From Octopus vulgaris (lineage: Eukaryota): a DNA stretch of 64,000 nucleotides. Location: the NCBI GenBank assembly GCA_951406725.2, contig OX597816.1, positions 69,564,001-69,628,000 of the forward strand, given 5' to 3'. Shown here piece by piece: positions 50,336 to 62,291 of this stretch; position 1 is the first letter of the stretch, and each line of letters opens with the position of its first letter. The notes under the pieces were generated by a model. The model was not told the origin of the DNA. It made no database searches and worked only from the letters and a program-made list of their open reading frames with translations. The translations under genes and the position numbers were made by a program.

Positions 50336-52690
50336 CAGTGATTCCCAAGGTGGGGCCTGAGAAAATTCAGGTGGGGCGCGGGGCATAGACGTGGGCTGTG
50401 AAAATATTTGTACATGACGAGCGGTCATCGCGGGCACAACCTTAGATTCCGTCTTTCCTTTGAAGCCTCCACATCGGAAACTCTCGCACCCCAGCGAGAC
50501 AAAGAAGATCCCGCACTGAGCAATAAACTTACTATTCAGATAAGCCAATCAATTGCCTCAATTAGTTTGCCTCAATTAGTCTTTTGTTAGCCCTATTGAA
50601 AACGAGCAAACCAAACAAGAAGAAGACTCGTCAATACGCGGTGGAGTTTTTGAAGTTTGGATTCATTCCTGATGAGCATGATGAGCGTAAACCGTGTTGC
50701 TTATTATGTAATCAGACGATGAGCAATGAGTCAATGAAGGCCGGTAGGCTGGAAGCGCACTTAAAGGTAAGACATCCTAATAATTCTAATTTAGATTTGG
50801 AATACTTCAAATCATTGAAAGAAAAATTTAAAAACCGAACAAAACTCACTTCACTATTTCATGCAAAACAAGCGCCTCATACTCGTGCCCTTGAAGCCAG
50901 CTACGAAATCTCCTTGGTTATAGCAAAACATGGAAAGAATCACACTATTGGAGAGCAACTGATTAAACCTGCTATCTCAATATTCTTAAAAACTGTATTA
51001 CAAAAAGATGATGGAGATATCAGGACTATGCCACTCAGTAATAACACTGTCTCGAACAGAATAGATGAAATGGGGCAAGATGTTGAAAGCCAGCTCATTG
51101 AGAAATTAAAATTGCGTAAGTTTTCATTACAAATGGACGAATCCACAATCCGGGACAGTGAGGCTCTGTTATTGACTTATGTGAGGTATATTGACCACGA
51201 GGAGTTTCAGGAAGAGATGCTGTTCTGCGAATCGTTTGAAACCACCACAACTGCAAATGATATTTACATCAAAATCAAACATTATTTGGATGCAAACAAA
51301 ATACCAAAGGAAAACTTACTGGCATGTGCGGCAGACGGTGCACCTGCCATGATGGGCAAGAATACGGGATGCTTAAAAATGATGAAGGATGAAAATCCAA
51401 ACATGTTGACTGTCCATTGTGTAATACACCGAGAAAACTTGGTTGCCAAGAAATTGTCCCCTGTTCTTAACAAGATTCTTCAAAGTGTGATCAAGTGTGT
51501 CAACAGCATTAAAAGAAATTCTAAATCTGAACGTCTTTTTAAGCAGTTTTGTATAAATCAAAGTGCCGAACATGTTCGATTATTGCTTCATACAGAAGTA
51601 AGATGGCTATCAAGTGGAAACTGCTTAAAGAGGTTCATGGAATTATTTGATCAGATTAACGACTTTCTTAGTGATAAATGTGAAATGAAATTGCTGTCAA
51701 CAACGGATGGAAAAGCATTTGTCAGTTATTTGACAGACATATTTGAGAAACTTGGAAACTTGAATAAACAACTTCAAGGTGCAAACATGACACTTATTGA
51801 TGCAAAAGCAAAGATTTTTGGATTTATTACAGCTCTCGAATTATGGAAAAAGAAATTTTCCAAAAGAAATTTCAGTGAACTTTACTGGTTGAGTAAATGT
51901 GAAATAACGAATGATGCTGGCATTGTAATTATTGATCATTTAAATATCTTGATAAAGGATTTCAATGACAGATTTTGCGATTTAAAGGCAATGAATTTTC
52001 CTTCTTGGTTAACTCAACCGCTTCTGATTAACGTTTCTGATGCTACAATCCAATACCAAGAAGAGTTATCAGAATTACAACATGATGAATCAGTGAAGAC
52101 TTTGTTTAAATTGAAAGGTACAAAGATGTGGCTATATGACGAGGTTGAAAGAAAATATCCTAAAATTTCTACATCAGCGAGAGAGCTACTGATTCCTTTC
52201 CCTTCGTCTTATTTGGTCGAAGGTGGTTTTAGTGCAGTTGATAATTTGCTCGAAGCCAAGAGAAACCGGCTTGAGATTATAAAACGTGGCGATTTACGAC
52301 TGAAATTAACAAAGTTGTCTCCTCAAATTAAAAACTTGTGCTGTATGCATCAGGCACAGGGTTCTCACTAAATTAGTCGAGCTGACCGTCCAATAATTGA
52401 ACTGAAAAAACGTGTTTCTTTATTCTTTATAAATTGACATTTTTTAAAAACATGAGAAATCGTAATAATTTTATCGATTTATTGGGTGTTATGCACTTTC
52501 AGTGCCTGTTGTTTCAATTCTCAAACTATTTTTTTGTATTTTGAATACAATTTTTTAATTTTTGATTTTTTTTCAATTGTAAGTAGGCCCACATGTACTT
52601 GTAAATATGAGTGGACATGGGAAAAGGTGGGGCGTAAAAACTTTTGCTATGAAAAAGTGGGGCGCCGGGAAAAAAGGTTGGGAAACACTG
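50336..52690 (+). mobile_element. Full-length hAT DNA transposon, Buster/Charlie family (2,355 bp)
   Basis: TIRs CAGTGATTCCCAA and TTGGGAAACACTG (12/13 match); perfect 8-bp TSD CTATAGAT at 50328-50335 and 52691-52698 fitting nnnTAnnn; subterminal GTGGGGC repeats. Confidence 0.97.
50584..52371 (+). CDS. hAT (Buster-type) transposase with BED zinc finger; ZBED5/SCAND3/FAM200-like
   Basis: 595-codon open frame: RQY...KFGF...CLLC...RLEAHLKVRH (BED finger), FSLQMDEST (D), ADGAPAMMG (D), HCVIHRE (CxxH), TEVRWLS, PSSYLVEGGFS (E), RGDLRLKL. The true start is uncertain (ACG at 50602). Confidence 0.93.
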   Translation: MLALLKTSKPNKKKTRQYAVEFLKFGFIPDEHDERKPCCLLCNQTMSNESMKAGRLEAHLKVRHPNNSNLDLEYFKSLKEKFKNRTKLTSLFHAKQAPHTRALEASYEISLVIAKHGKNHTIGEQLIKPAISIFLKTVLQKDDGDIRTMPLSNNTVSNRIDEMGQDVESQLIEKLKLRKFSLQMDESTIRDSEALLLTYVRYIDHEEFQEEMLFCESFETTTTANDIYIKIKHYLDANKIPKENLLACAADGAPAMMGKNTGCLKMMKDENPNMLTVHCVIHRENLVAKKLSPVLNKILQSVIKCVNSIKRNSKSERLFKQFCINQSAEHVRLLLHTEVRWLSSGNCLKRFMELFDQINDFLSDKCEMKLLSTTDGKAFVSYLTDIFEKLGNLNKQLQGANMTLIDAKAKIFGFITALELWKKKFSKRNFSELYWLSKCEITNDAGIVIIDHLNILIKDFNDRFCDLKAMNFPSWLTQPLLINVSDATIQYQEELSELQHDESVKTLFKLKGTKMWLYDEVERKYPKISTSARELLIPFPSSYLVEGGFSAVDNLLEAKRNRLEIIKRGDLRLKLTKLSPQIKNLCCMHQAQGSH

Positions 52691-52716
52691 CTATAGATGG
52701 TCTTGTCTTTGTGGTG

Positions 52717-52776
<60 letters not shown>

Positions 52777-52978
52777 GTGTTTGTGTATGTATATATATGT
52801 ATGCATGTACACGACGTGTACGTCCACTTTCCCTTCTCAAAATGTTTTGGTCAGCTCAATGCAGTGATAGATGGCACCTGCTCAAGACGGCAAGCAGAAG
52901 GACTGAACCAGGAAACATGTGGTTCATATGCACACTGTTTATTATTCTTAACGTACAGCGACGCCGGGTAACATACAT

Positions 52979-53017
<39 letters not shown>

Positions 53018-53469
53018 CATACATACATACATACATAGATACATACATACATACATACATACATACATTATCTGTTTCTATGCACGTTAGGTCATTTGTC
53101 CCACAAAATACTTCCATTTAAAAATATATTTAAAACCAAAATTGATCTTATAGGACTTAGCACTTTGGTCTGCAGTTTGATTTACAGACACCAGATAATA
53201 TAGTAAATTATCTTTGTGTTTTCCATACATAATTAACTTTGACTACCGGTGTTAAAGACTTCAGAAATAAAGTTAATTTGCTTGACCATGGACAAATTAC
53301 GGTGTCTGATCCGGACAAATATTAATATTTCATGAGTTGACGGCTTTAAGAAAATCTCCATTAAAAAATAGTTTGATAGGAATGATTGGAAATTCTGTGC
53401 ACACATACAATTAAACATTTATGCAGCTGCAGATGCACACTGAGAAATATATGCATCTCTATGTATATA

Positions 53470-53535
<66 letters not shown>

Positions 53536-53784
53536 TATATATATATTTACATATGTATATGTATACGTATATGTGTGTATGTGTGTGTGCGTGTGTGGTG
53601 AAAACTTTCTGTACAAGTTCTCTTCGACAAACAAACAAACAAAATATGGATGAAGATGAACTATAAATTAATGGAATTGTTCTCATCTTTTTAGACAAAT
53701 TAAATGACAAAAAACAAGTGTAATATTTCATTCAGATACATCTAAATGAAATCGTTCACTTAGCATTTTTAGTTTTGTATTTTG

Positions 53785-53842
<58 letters not shown>

Positions 53843-54244
53843 GTAACTGTGTGCTTGTGTATGGGAGTGTAAATTCTTATTTAAAAGCAAACATTAATTG
53901 AAAAAAGTCCAAATTTTATTTAAAATATAAAAACGATTTTTGCTCGGAAAATGTTCGCGGTATCTTTTTTTGTGTTTCCACATTTCGTCATTGACAGGCT
54001 TCGTCAGACCGTGTCCGACCCATCACTCATCAGCAAAATTTAGTTATCGTCAACAGTTTCTTTCTCTAAATGTATGTATGTATGTATGTATGTATGTATG
54101 TATGTATGTATGTATGTATGTATGCATGTATGCATGCATGCATGCATACATGTACGTATGTATGTACGTATGTTTATGTTTATACACGTATTTTTACCTA
54201 TGGAAGTATATATATGTGTGTGTATACGTGTGTGTATACGAGTA

Positions 54245-54815
54245 TACGTGCGGAGACAGCCAAAAGAATCATTTGACCCAGACTGTCTTCTTCCAGCTGT
54301 TAAACATGGAGGACGACTGTGATGATCTGGGGGACTATATCTTGGAAATCCGCCGTTCTAATGGTTTTCCTTCATGGTATAATTAATAGTCAGGGCTATT
54401 TAAGCATTTTATTTGATCAAATTCATCCTATGGTTGCGGAACTGTTTCTGAACGGAAACACAATCTTTCAGGAAGATAATACACCAATTCATACAGTTAA
54501 AGTAGTTACTGAATGGCATCAAGAACCTTCTAGAGATGTCGAACATAGTATCTGGCCACCACTCTCCCCAGATCTCAATATTATTAAACATTTATGGTGC
54601 ATTTTAGAAAACCAAGTAAGGAGTTGATATCATCCATCATCAAAAGAACTGAAGATTGGTTTAGTAGAAGAATGAACAAACATTCCTTTGGAAACAATTC
54701 AAACTTTGTACGAGTCCATACCTCGTAGCATTCAAGATGTAATTACTGCCAAAGGTTTTCCTACCCCATATTAAATTTAATTTGCTTGAAACTTTAAGGT
54801 GTTTCCATTATTTTT
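54245..54815 (+). mobile_element. Tc1-family transposase 3' fragment (inactive)
   Basis: RQPKESFDPDCLLPAVKHGG / VMIWG (frameshift), IFQEDNTPIH, WPPLSPDLNIIKHLW (catalytic E replaced by K), ending AKGFPTPY*. Confidence 0.9.
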
Positions 54816-55134
54816 TAATGGAAATATATATATACGCATACTTATATACGTATATGCATGGTCCCATGTTATCATACTACCGAAAAATGTAAGGTATTCA
54901 CTAGTAGTTAAATGTGTTGAGATTAAATGTGTCGCAATTTAACGTGAATGTTGCATGCTGTCTGGCGTTGGACAGTCACTGAATGTATTGGAAGAACAAT
55001 TTCGGAGAAATTTGACAATCATATAAAACTGTAGATAGTAATGTCTTACGCCGAAAAGAAGTAAATGCACGCGATAACAGGAATGCAAAATTTGTCTAGA
55101 ACCAAAGGCTCACCGCCTTAACATACAACTAAAA

Positions 55135-55137
<3 letters not shown>

Positions 55138-55225
<88 letters not shown>

Positions 55226-55227
55226 TC
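55138..55227. repeat. (CT)n microsatellite
   Basis: Read directly from the sequence. Confidence 0.95.
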
Positions 55228-55297
55228 CAGTCGAAGGAAAACCCAATAAAAATTTTAGTCTGATATTTTTACATAAATACTAATTTCGAAATTAGGT

Positions 55298-55298
55298 T

Positions 55299-55371
<73 letters not shown>

Positions 55372-55461
55372 ACTATTACTACTACTACTACACTACTACT
55401 ACCACCACCACTACTACTACCGTTGCTGCTACTACTACTACTACTACTACTATTACTATTG

Positions 55462-55499
<38 letters not shown>

Positions 55500-55512
55500 C
55501 ATCATCATCATC
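55298..55512. repeat. (TAC)n/(TGC)n/(AAT)n/(ATC)n compound microsatellite
   Basis: Read directly from the sequence. Confidence 0.95.
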
Positions 55513-55801
55513 GTTTAGCGTCCGCTTTCCATGCTAGCATGGGTTGGACGGTTCAACTGGGGTCTGGGAAGCCAGAAGGCTGCACCAGGCCCAGTCTGAT
55601 CTGGCAAAGTTTCTACGGCTGGATGCCCTTCCTAGCGCCAACCACTCCGTGAGTGTAGTAGGTGCTTTTTACGTGCCAGACGGGTCTGGCAAACGGCCAC
55701 GATCGGATGGTGCTTTTTACGTGCCACCGGCACGGGGGCCAGGCGAGGCTGGCAACGGCCACGAGAGGATGGTGCTTTTTACGTGCCACCGGCACGTGGC
55801 C
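55500..55801 (-). mobile_element. SINE family D 3' part with RTE-type (GAT)n tail and three internal repeats
   Basis: Minus strand: GGAAGGGCATCCAGCCGTAGAAAC...CCAACCCATGCTAGCATGGAAAGCGGACGCTAAACGATGATGAT; GGTGCTTTTTACGTGCCA occurs three times on +. Confidence 0.75.
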
Positions 55802-55840
55802 AAGAAGAACAAAAGAAGAAGAACAAGGAGGAGGAGAAGG

Positions 55841-55872
<32 letters not shown>

Positions 55873-56026
55873 GAGGAGGAGGAGAAGGAGGAGGAGAAGA
55901 AGAAGGAGGAGGAGAAGAAGGAGGAGGAGGAGGAGGAGGAGGAAAAGAAGAAGAAGAAGGAGGAGGACGAGGAGGATAAGAAGGAGGAGGAGAGAATAAT
56001 GATAATAATAATAATAATAATAATAA

Positions 56027-56065
<39 letters not shown>

Positions 56066-56084
56066 GAAGAAGAAGAAGTAGAAG
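55802..56084. repeat. Polypurine (GAA)n/(GGA)n tract interrupted by (AAT)n
   Basis: Read directly from the sequence. Confidence 0.95.
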
Positions 56085-56345
56085 ACCACCGCGCAAAGTC
56101 ACGATGGGCTAGTCATGTCACTAGGTTCACAGACGATCGGGGGACCTGTGCAGTTGTCGAGTGGTAGCTGTGCAAGAGGAAGAGACCCCTCGGAAGTCCT
56201 CCAATGAGGTGGGAAGATGATTTAAGAAAATGTTTGGAACATCGCGAAGGAGAATGGCGAGTGCACGAGGGGAACGACGTAAATGTGGTGGCCAGCGATG
56301 ACGACAAGGCACCAAACAGCTTGGCCGATCCAGGTTACTCAGATG
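56085..56345 (+). mobile_element. RTE-1-like LINE 3' fragment
   Basis: KSRWASHVTRFTDDRGTCAVVEW*LCKRKRPLGSPPMRWEDDLRK (cf. RWAGHV.R..D.RWT...EW.P...KR..GRP..RW.DD). Confidence 0.8.
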
Positions 56346-56406
56346 AAATGTAAGTATGCATATACATCACGATCACTACGACTACTACTACTACAACTAC
56401 TTTTAT

Positions 56407-56443
<37 letters not shown>

Positions 56444-58034
56444 GCTACTACTACAATCATGGTCACTACTATTACTACTACGATCAACAGTCTTCCATCC
56501 ATTGCTGCTGCTACTACTACTACTACAGCCAATGAACTGCTGCAACTCCAGCCACCACCACCACCACTGTCACTGCTACTACGACCAACAGTCACTGCTA
56601 CTACTACTATTTCAGCCACTGGTCATTTCCCCAACTTTAGTCAACACACTAAACTATTATGCTGTCCCCAGCAAAAACCCACCACGTTGATTCTGTTGAG
56701 ACTAGTAAGAAACAATTATGAACTTTTTTATTACACTTAAGTTTTTAAAATATTTTTGATAAGGTTCGTTTTGAGAATTGTTTGGCGAAGGTGTCTTAAA
56801 GAACCCTTGCTGTAGGCCATGCTTGAAAATCTCCCCTCTCCACGTCACTAAAGATTATTCACGAAGAACGTTGCTTGTTCCGAATCCGAAGCTTGATTAC
56901 AAATATATTGATGCACACTAAAGTGTATTACTCTAGCAATCCTCTTTAGTATTCTTAAACGAATAAAGCTAGCGAAGTCATGTGACCAACTGATTGATCT
57001 GATGTAGTCACGATTGACAGATATTAGTTTCTAGTTCCAATTTATTGTTTTTCAAATCAAAAACTCATTTCAAAATTCTCCACTCCACTCAGTTGTAAAT
57101 AAGTAGCTCTGCGACTGACCGGTGTCCCGTCAAGAAGACTATTGGGATCTCGCTTACACAGATAACAGACGTCACCATCTAGATCTAGGGCTCAATAAAA
57201 CTGTTTACAAGTTTTATATATGTAGGTGCTGATCAATCGAAATTGTGTATTTGTTAATGGAAGATCTTAATTATAACTCAAATGGTAAACTGAACACACT
57301 TTATATGCTTAATGAATATAAATCGGCTGCAAATAATTTTGTGTATCTATATTGAACTCTGTCGCTTATGTTTGTCCGTGTACACTATGAATGTGAATAT
57401 CATCACGAATAGAAATAGTGTATTACTTGATTTGAAAAGAAATTTTCTATATTGAAATGGAAATATATGTATGAAATCAGCCAGTGTATATTGAAAGTAT
57501 ACGTACCCATGAGAATGTATTTCCTACGAACGAACGACTGCATTTTACGGATGTAATAGTTGGTTCTTGTAGGTTTTTGTCATTTCAATTGGATGTATTT
57601 GTGCTTGTGTTTGTATGTGTGTACTATCCGTATGACTATTTAATATTCAATGAAATAAAACCTCACGTTGAAACATAAATGCGAGAGAGACAAATATTAA
57701 TTTAACCTCCATGATGAAAGAAAAGAAAGGTCTTGAAATAGAATGTAACGCTGCTAACGTAGTTATGTTCTGAAATCGAAATAAATATTAATGAATGGAA
57801 ATGGAAAACGATTTTTATTAGAAAATTTACCTAACGGAAAAGAATGCTAAATGAAAGCTTAAGAATAATGAATATTATTATCTAAATCAGTGTCCCTATT
57901 CAAAGATGTTACGTTTAAATGATTCTGATAAAACAACCGTTATCCTTTATAAATTGAGTTGAGATTAGGTTATTATATTTTAAATAGATAAACTAAGGAA
58001 AGGAAATAAACTATTAAAGCATAGATAATATTCG

Positions 58035-58250
58035 TTTCAAATTTTAGCGCAAAGCCAGCAATTTCCATGAAGTCGAAACACAATTACATCGACCCTGTGC
58101 TCAACTGGTACTTATTTTATTGACCACGAATGCATGAAAGGCAAAGTCAACATTGGCAGCACTTGACCTCAGAAAATAAAGATGGAAAAAAAAAAAAAGC
58201 TATAGAAAATGTCGCCCGTCGTGGTAATGATTCTGCTAATTCGACTACTT
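58035..58250 (-). mobile_element. Old SINE family A-related copy
   Basis: ATTACATCGACCC...AACTGGTACTTATTTTATTGACC...ATGAAAGGCAAAGTCAAC. Confidence 0.7.
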
Positions 58251-58934
58251 ACACACAGAGATAACATTAATAAATAAATTCTATCCGTTAAATTATGATA
58301 TAAAAAGTTCTCATTAAAACTGTAGCTTTTGCTTTCGAATAATTATGCGCGATACATGTAAACGGAGAATTGAATTTTAATATTGATTTACTTATTTTAA
58401 TTTTTTAAAAACCATTATAGATATCTTTTTTTTTTAATCAGTACAAAATTTATACCATTGTCTTATGAATTGATTTGTCTTTATTATACATAAGATAGTT
58501 GAAAATACTGCTGAATGTATGATTAAGTTCAGCTGCCAGTGGGTATTGAACATCCATTACATTTGTTTTTGTTTTGTTTAAGTTTCATCAATAATGAGTT
58601 GACAAAATATTATTCCAAAGCTAATATGTCTACTAACTACATAAAGATTTATAGAAAATGAATCAATATATTTTCTTTAGTATTAAAGAACTATAACAGT
58701 ACACATACATACACGCACAAATACATACATACATACATACATACATACATACATACATACATACATACATAGAGTTACTCATGCGCATACACACACATAG
58801 ACACACACAAACTCACAAACATAAAAGTGCAGTTATCTATATATCATTCTCTATATGCATGCACAAATATTTTTGTTTGTGTATATATAAGTTTGATATG
58901 GTTTAGTGATATATAAATATGGTATACCATGTTG

Positions 58935-59135
58935 CAGAACCGTTGGCTGACGTGGCAAAATATTTTACTGCGCTTCGTCCATCTTATCGTTCTGAGATCA
59001 AATTTCATCGTCGTGGTTGACTCAACCTTTCGTCCTTCGAGATTGATAAAATAATTGCCGGTTGACCACTGGGGTCGATATAATAGACTTACCCTGTTTC
59101 CTGAGTTGGTGGTCTTATAACCCAAATTCGAAACC
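58935..59135 (+). mobile_element. Old SINE family A-related copy
   Basis: GTTCTGAGATCAAATTTC...CCTTTCGTCCTTCGAGATTGATAAAATAA...CACTGGGGTCGATATAAT. Confidence 0.7.
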
Positions 59136-60789
59136 AATATTTAATTTCAGTTGTTTATTTAAAACTTTAATTAGTTGCTTTACATGGGACGTTTCACTGT
59201 TTTGTTTTGTCTTTTTATATGAAACGTATGTTATCATACCCTGAGAATAAAATCTGATACTGTATTTAATTAAAAATAAATTGATGATTTATTTCTATAG
59301 TACTCGAAATTTAGATTGTTTTTAAATAAATTCCTATTTACTTTCATTGCCAAACCTCCCCATCACTGCGTGTGATCAACTAAATTTATTACGGTAGGTT
59401 TCTAATATATTCCACCGAGAAAGTCAGAGTAAATATTGTTACAATTTTATGCGAGGAATTCTCGAATTTGCGCGTGACAGATATTTTGCTTATATACATT
59501 TTATTTGTATTTGTGCTAGAATATTTTCTCGGCTTAAACTTTGAAGATTGATTACAAAATTCATTATGTATACAAGATTCATTCAGTAGATTCGTTGGTC
59601 AGCGATATATATTCATGCTCCTTCTATTTTATCCTTATTTTTATAATTTATTTTGTATATAATTATATATTTACTTGAATGTTTTTGCTTTCAAGTTTCT
59701 TAGGTGCACACGCACATGCTGGTGTGTATATATGTATGTGTACATAGAGGAATATGTGTTGAAATATGCATTCGTATGTTTAACAGATATAAATGGATTT
59801 GAAATGATTATATTGACACATACAGGTATATACACGAATATGAGTATGCGTACGAGTGTCCCAATTTGGTGTTTGTATGCTACTTAAACACACGCTCACA
59901 CATATTCGCACACCGACACACACACACATGTGTATGTAAATATATGTATGTGTGTGTTTGCATGTGTGTGATAATGTAATATTACGACACACAGAAACCC
60001 TCTGGTATATATATATAGACTGGAGACTGTTGCTCAATAAACTTTATTAATTACAGAGCAACAAAATCCATTAAGCACCCCCCACCAATAAAACAAACGC
60101 CTACCTGTAGTCGTGCTTCAAGTGTTCAATTTTTCACGTCCCGAGACGTGACTTCCAAGCAGCATGAAAAAATGCGAACTCTTCTGTCAAGTGAGGTAAG
60201 CAAGCTACTTACCACACAGCCACTCCTATATATACTCCTATATAAAAATATATACTCACACACACATATATATATATGCATATATGGGTCTTTCAACGAA
60301 AATCGACCCAAACCTTTCACAGTAGGAAATTAGCGTTCGTATCACGTAACAAATACTTATTTCAGCATATACGATATGGTTGCTGGCCAAATCAAACGAT
60401 ATCCGAAACAATTTGGTATTTGAACACAGAATTCACAAAAATGTTAATAATTATTCCAAAGTCAAATATGTTCAATATCTTCCCTACTTAGATAATTTAC
60501 AATTTCTTAAATCGGAAACCAATATTCGTAACGATGTTTCTTATTAGAATCAACATTATGTTGTTATTAATTCGGTTCTGTGTATATCGAGTTTTATGTA
60601 TTTTCTATGTTTTTCACAAGTGGTAAATATACACAATAGATGAAATGAAAAAGTATTATATCAAATGGAACGTTTTTACTTTATTCTTTATAAATGTCTT
60701 TTGAAGTTGAATATTTTATTTTTCATAATACTTGTAATTCTCTTTGAATTTTCGTATATGATATATTTCAAGACGTTTGTATGAGTGTT

Positions 60790-60883
<94 letters not shown>

Positions 60884-60912
60884 TTCATACATACATATAA
60901 TTTTATATATGC

Positions 60913-60982
<70 letters not shown>

Positions 60983-61523
60983 CATATGGTTACATGCTTA
61001 CTGACATATTAGTGAGTGTATATCATCAATGGCTTTCTTTGAATACGTACAAACTTACCAACACACGCCTACATATCTATATATAATTTACACATATGCA
61101 TACATAGAAATATAAATTATGTACGCACACACATACACATACACACTGATACCCACTCAAATATATATATATATATATATATGTTTTCAATGTTTACGCG
61201 AATGAACGAGTGTTTGTTTACGACAATTATTTAATTATGTTTTAAATTCTCTGTAAGTTCGTATGTCTCAACGGCTTTACATTCCTTTGTCTCGTTTCAT
61301 TAAATGCAATCACTCTAGATGTCAATAAAAAAGGTCAGCCGGCGTCTTATTGAACTATATTACTTTAATTTATAGAAGAGGAAAAGAAAAACATAAGATG
61401 GAAAACAAACTAAAGAAAAAAAATCGATGTATGACTGCGTATGTTAAATAGAAGTACGTAAGTTTGACGGTGATAGTGTCACGCACATTTGTTTCGGTAT
61501 GTGTGATCTATCCCTCTTTCTGA

Positions 61524-61562
<39 letters not shown>

Positions 61563-61803
61563 TCTTTCTCTCTCTCTCATTCACTCTGTATATATATGAG
61601 TTTGTGCATGTGTGTGTGTGCGTGCGTATAATTTTTTTCTTGACATCAGACCAAATAGTGATATTTTGAATTCATTTCATATGTACATATCACGTACGTA
61701 TGAAATGGTTTCAGAGTACAGAACTATTAGATTTGCCTTCATAATTCGACTTACACACACACACACACACATACACACACAAATACACACACACAAATAC
61801 ACA

Positions 61804-61843
<40 letters not shown>

Positions 61844-62291
61844 AACACACACACACATACACACAGACATCAACCACTTTCTCGCACACGCACAAACCAA
61901 ACACACTCTCTCACACATACACACATATACGCACTCACGCACGCACACACACAGACACTTACACACGTATGCACACGTATATCTATGATATATCTATGTA
62001 CATATACTACACAGTAGCTCATTTGTTGTTCATGCTGAGAGTACGTTGTAATACGATTTATGCTAGAGAAAACCAGTATAAGAGAACAACGGATTTCATC
62101 GCCAGGAGGGAGTACTAACGCAATGCTACGAAACAAAGGAATTTAATTATGATTCTCGTTACATTAATACATGTTAAACCTTAACATTTATACGAATATA
62201 ATTTTTAAATTTTCATAGTAGCTTTTGTACCCGGTACCGATTTTTGACATACCTAATCAATGAAAAATAAAAATGTTATAATTTTATGTTA

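Noticed and set aside
50584-52371. Naming the ORF as a domesticated host gene (ZBED5/SCAND3/FAM200)
   Set aside because: Intact TIRs and TSD show a transposon copy, so no gene symbol was assigned.
55544-56112. Poly-Arg/Glu/Gly/Pro/Ser ORFs in all frames
   Set aside because: A (GAA)/(GGA) repeat plus a SINE; open on both strands because of low complexity.
56283-56740. Thr/Pro-rich mucin-like ORF
   Set aside because: Degenerate (ACT)/(CCA) microsatellite; no splice or domain support.
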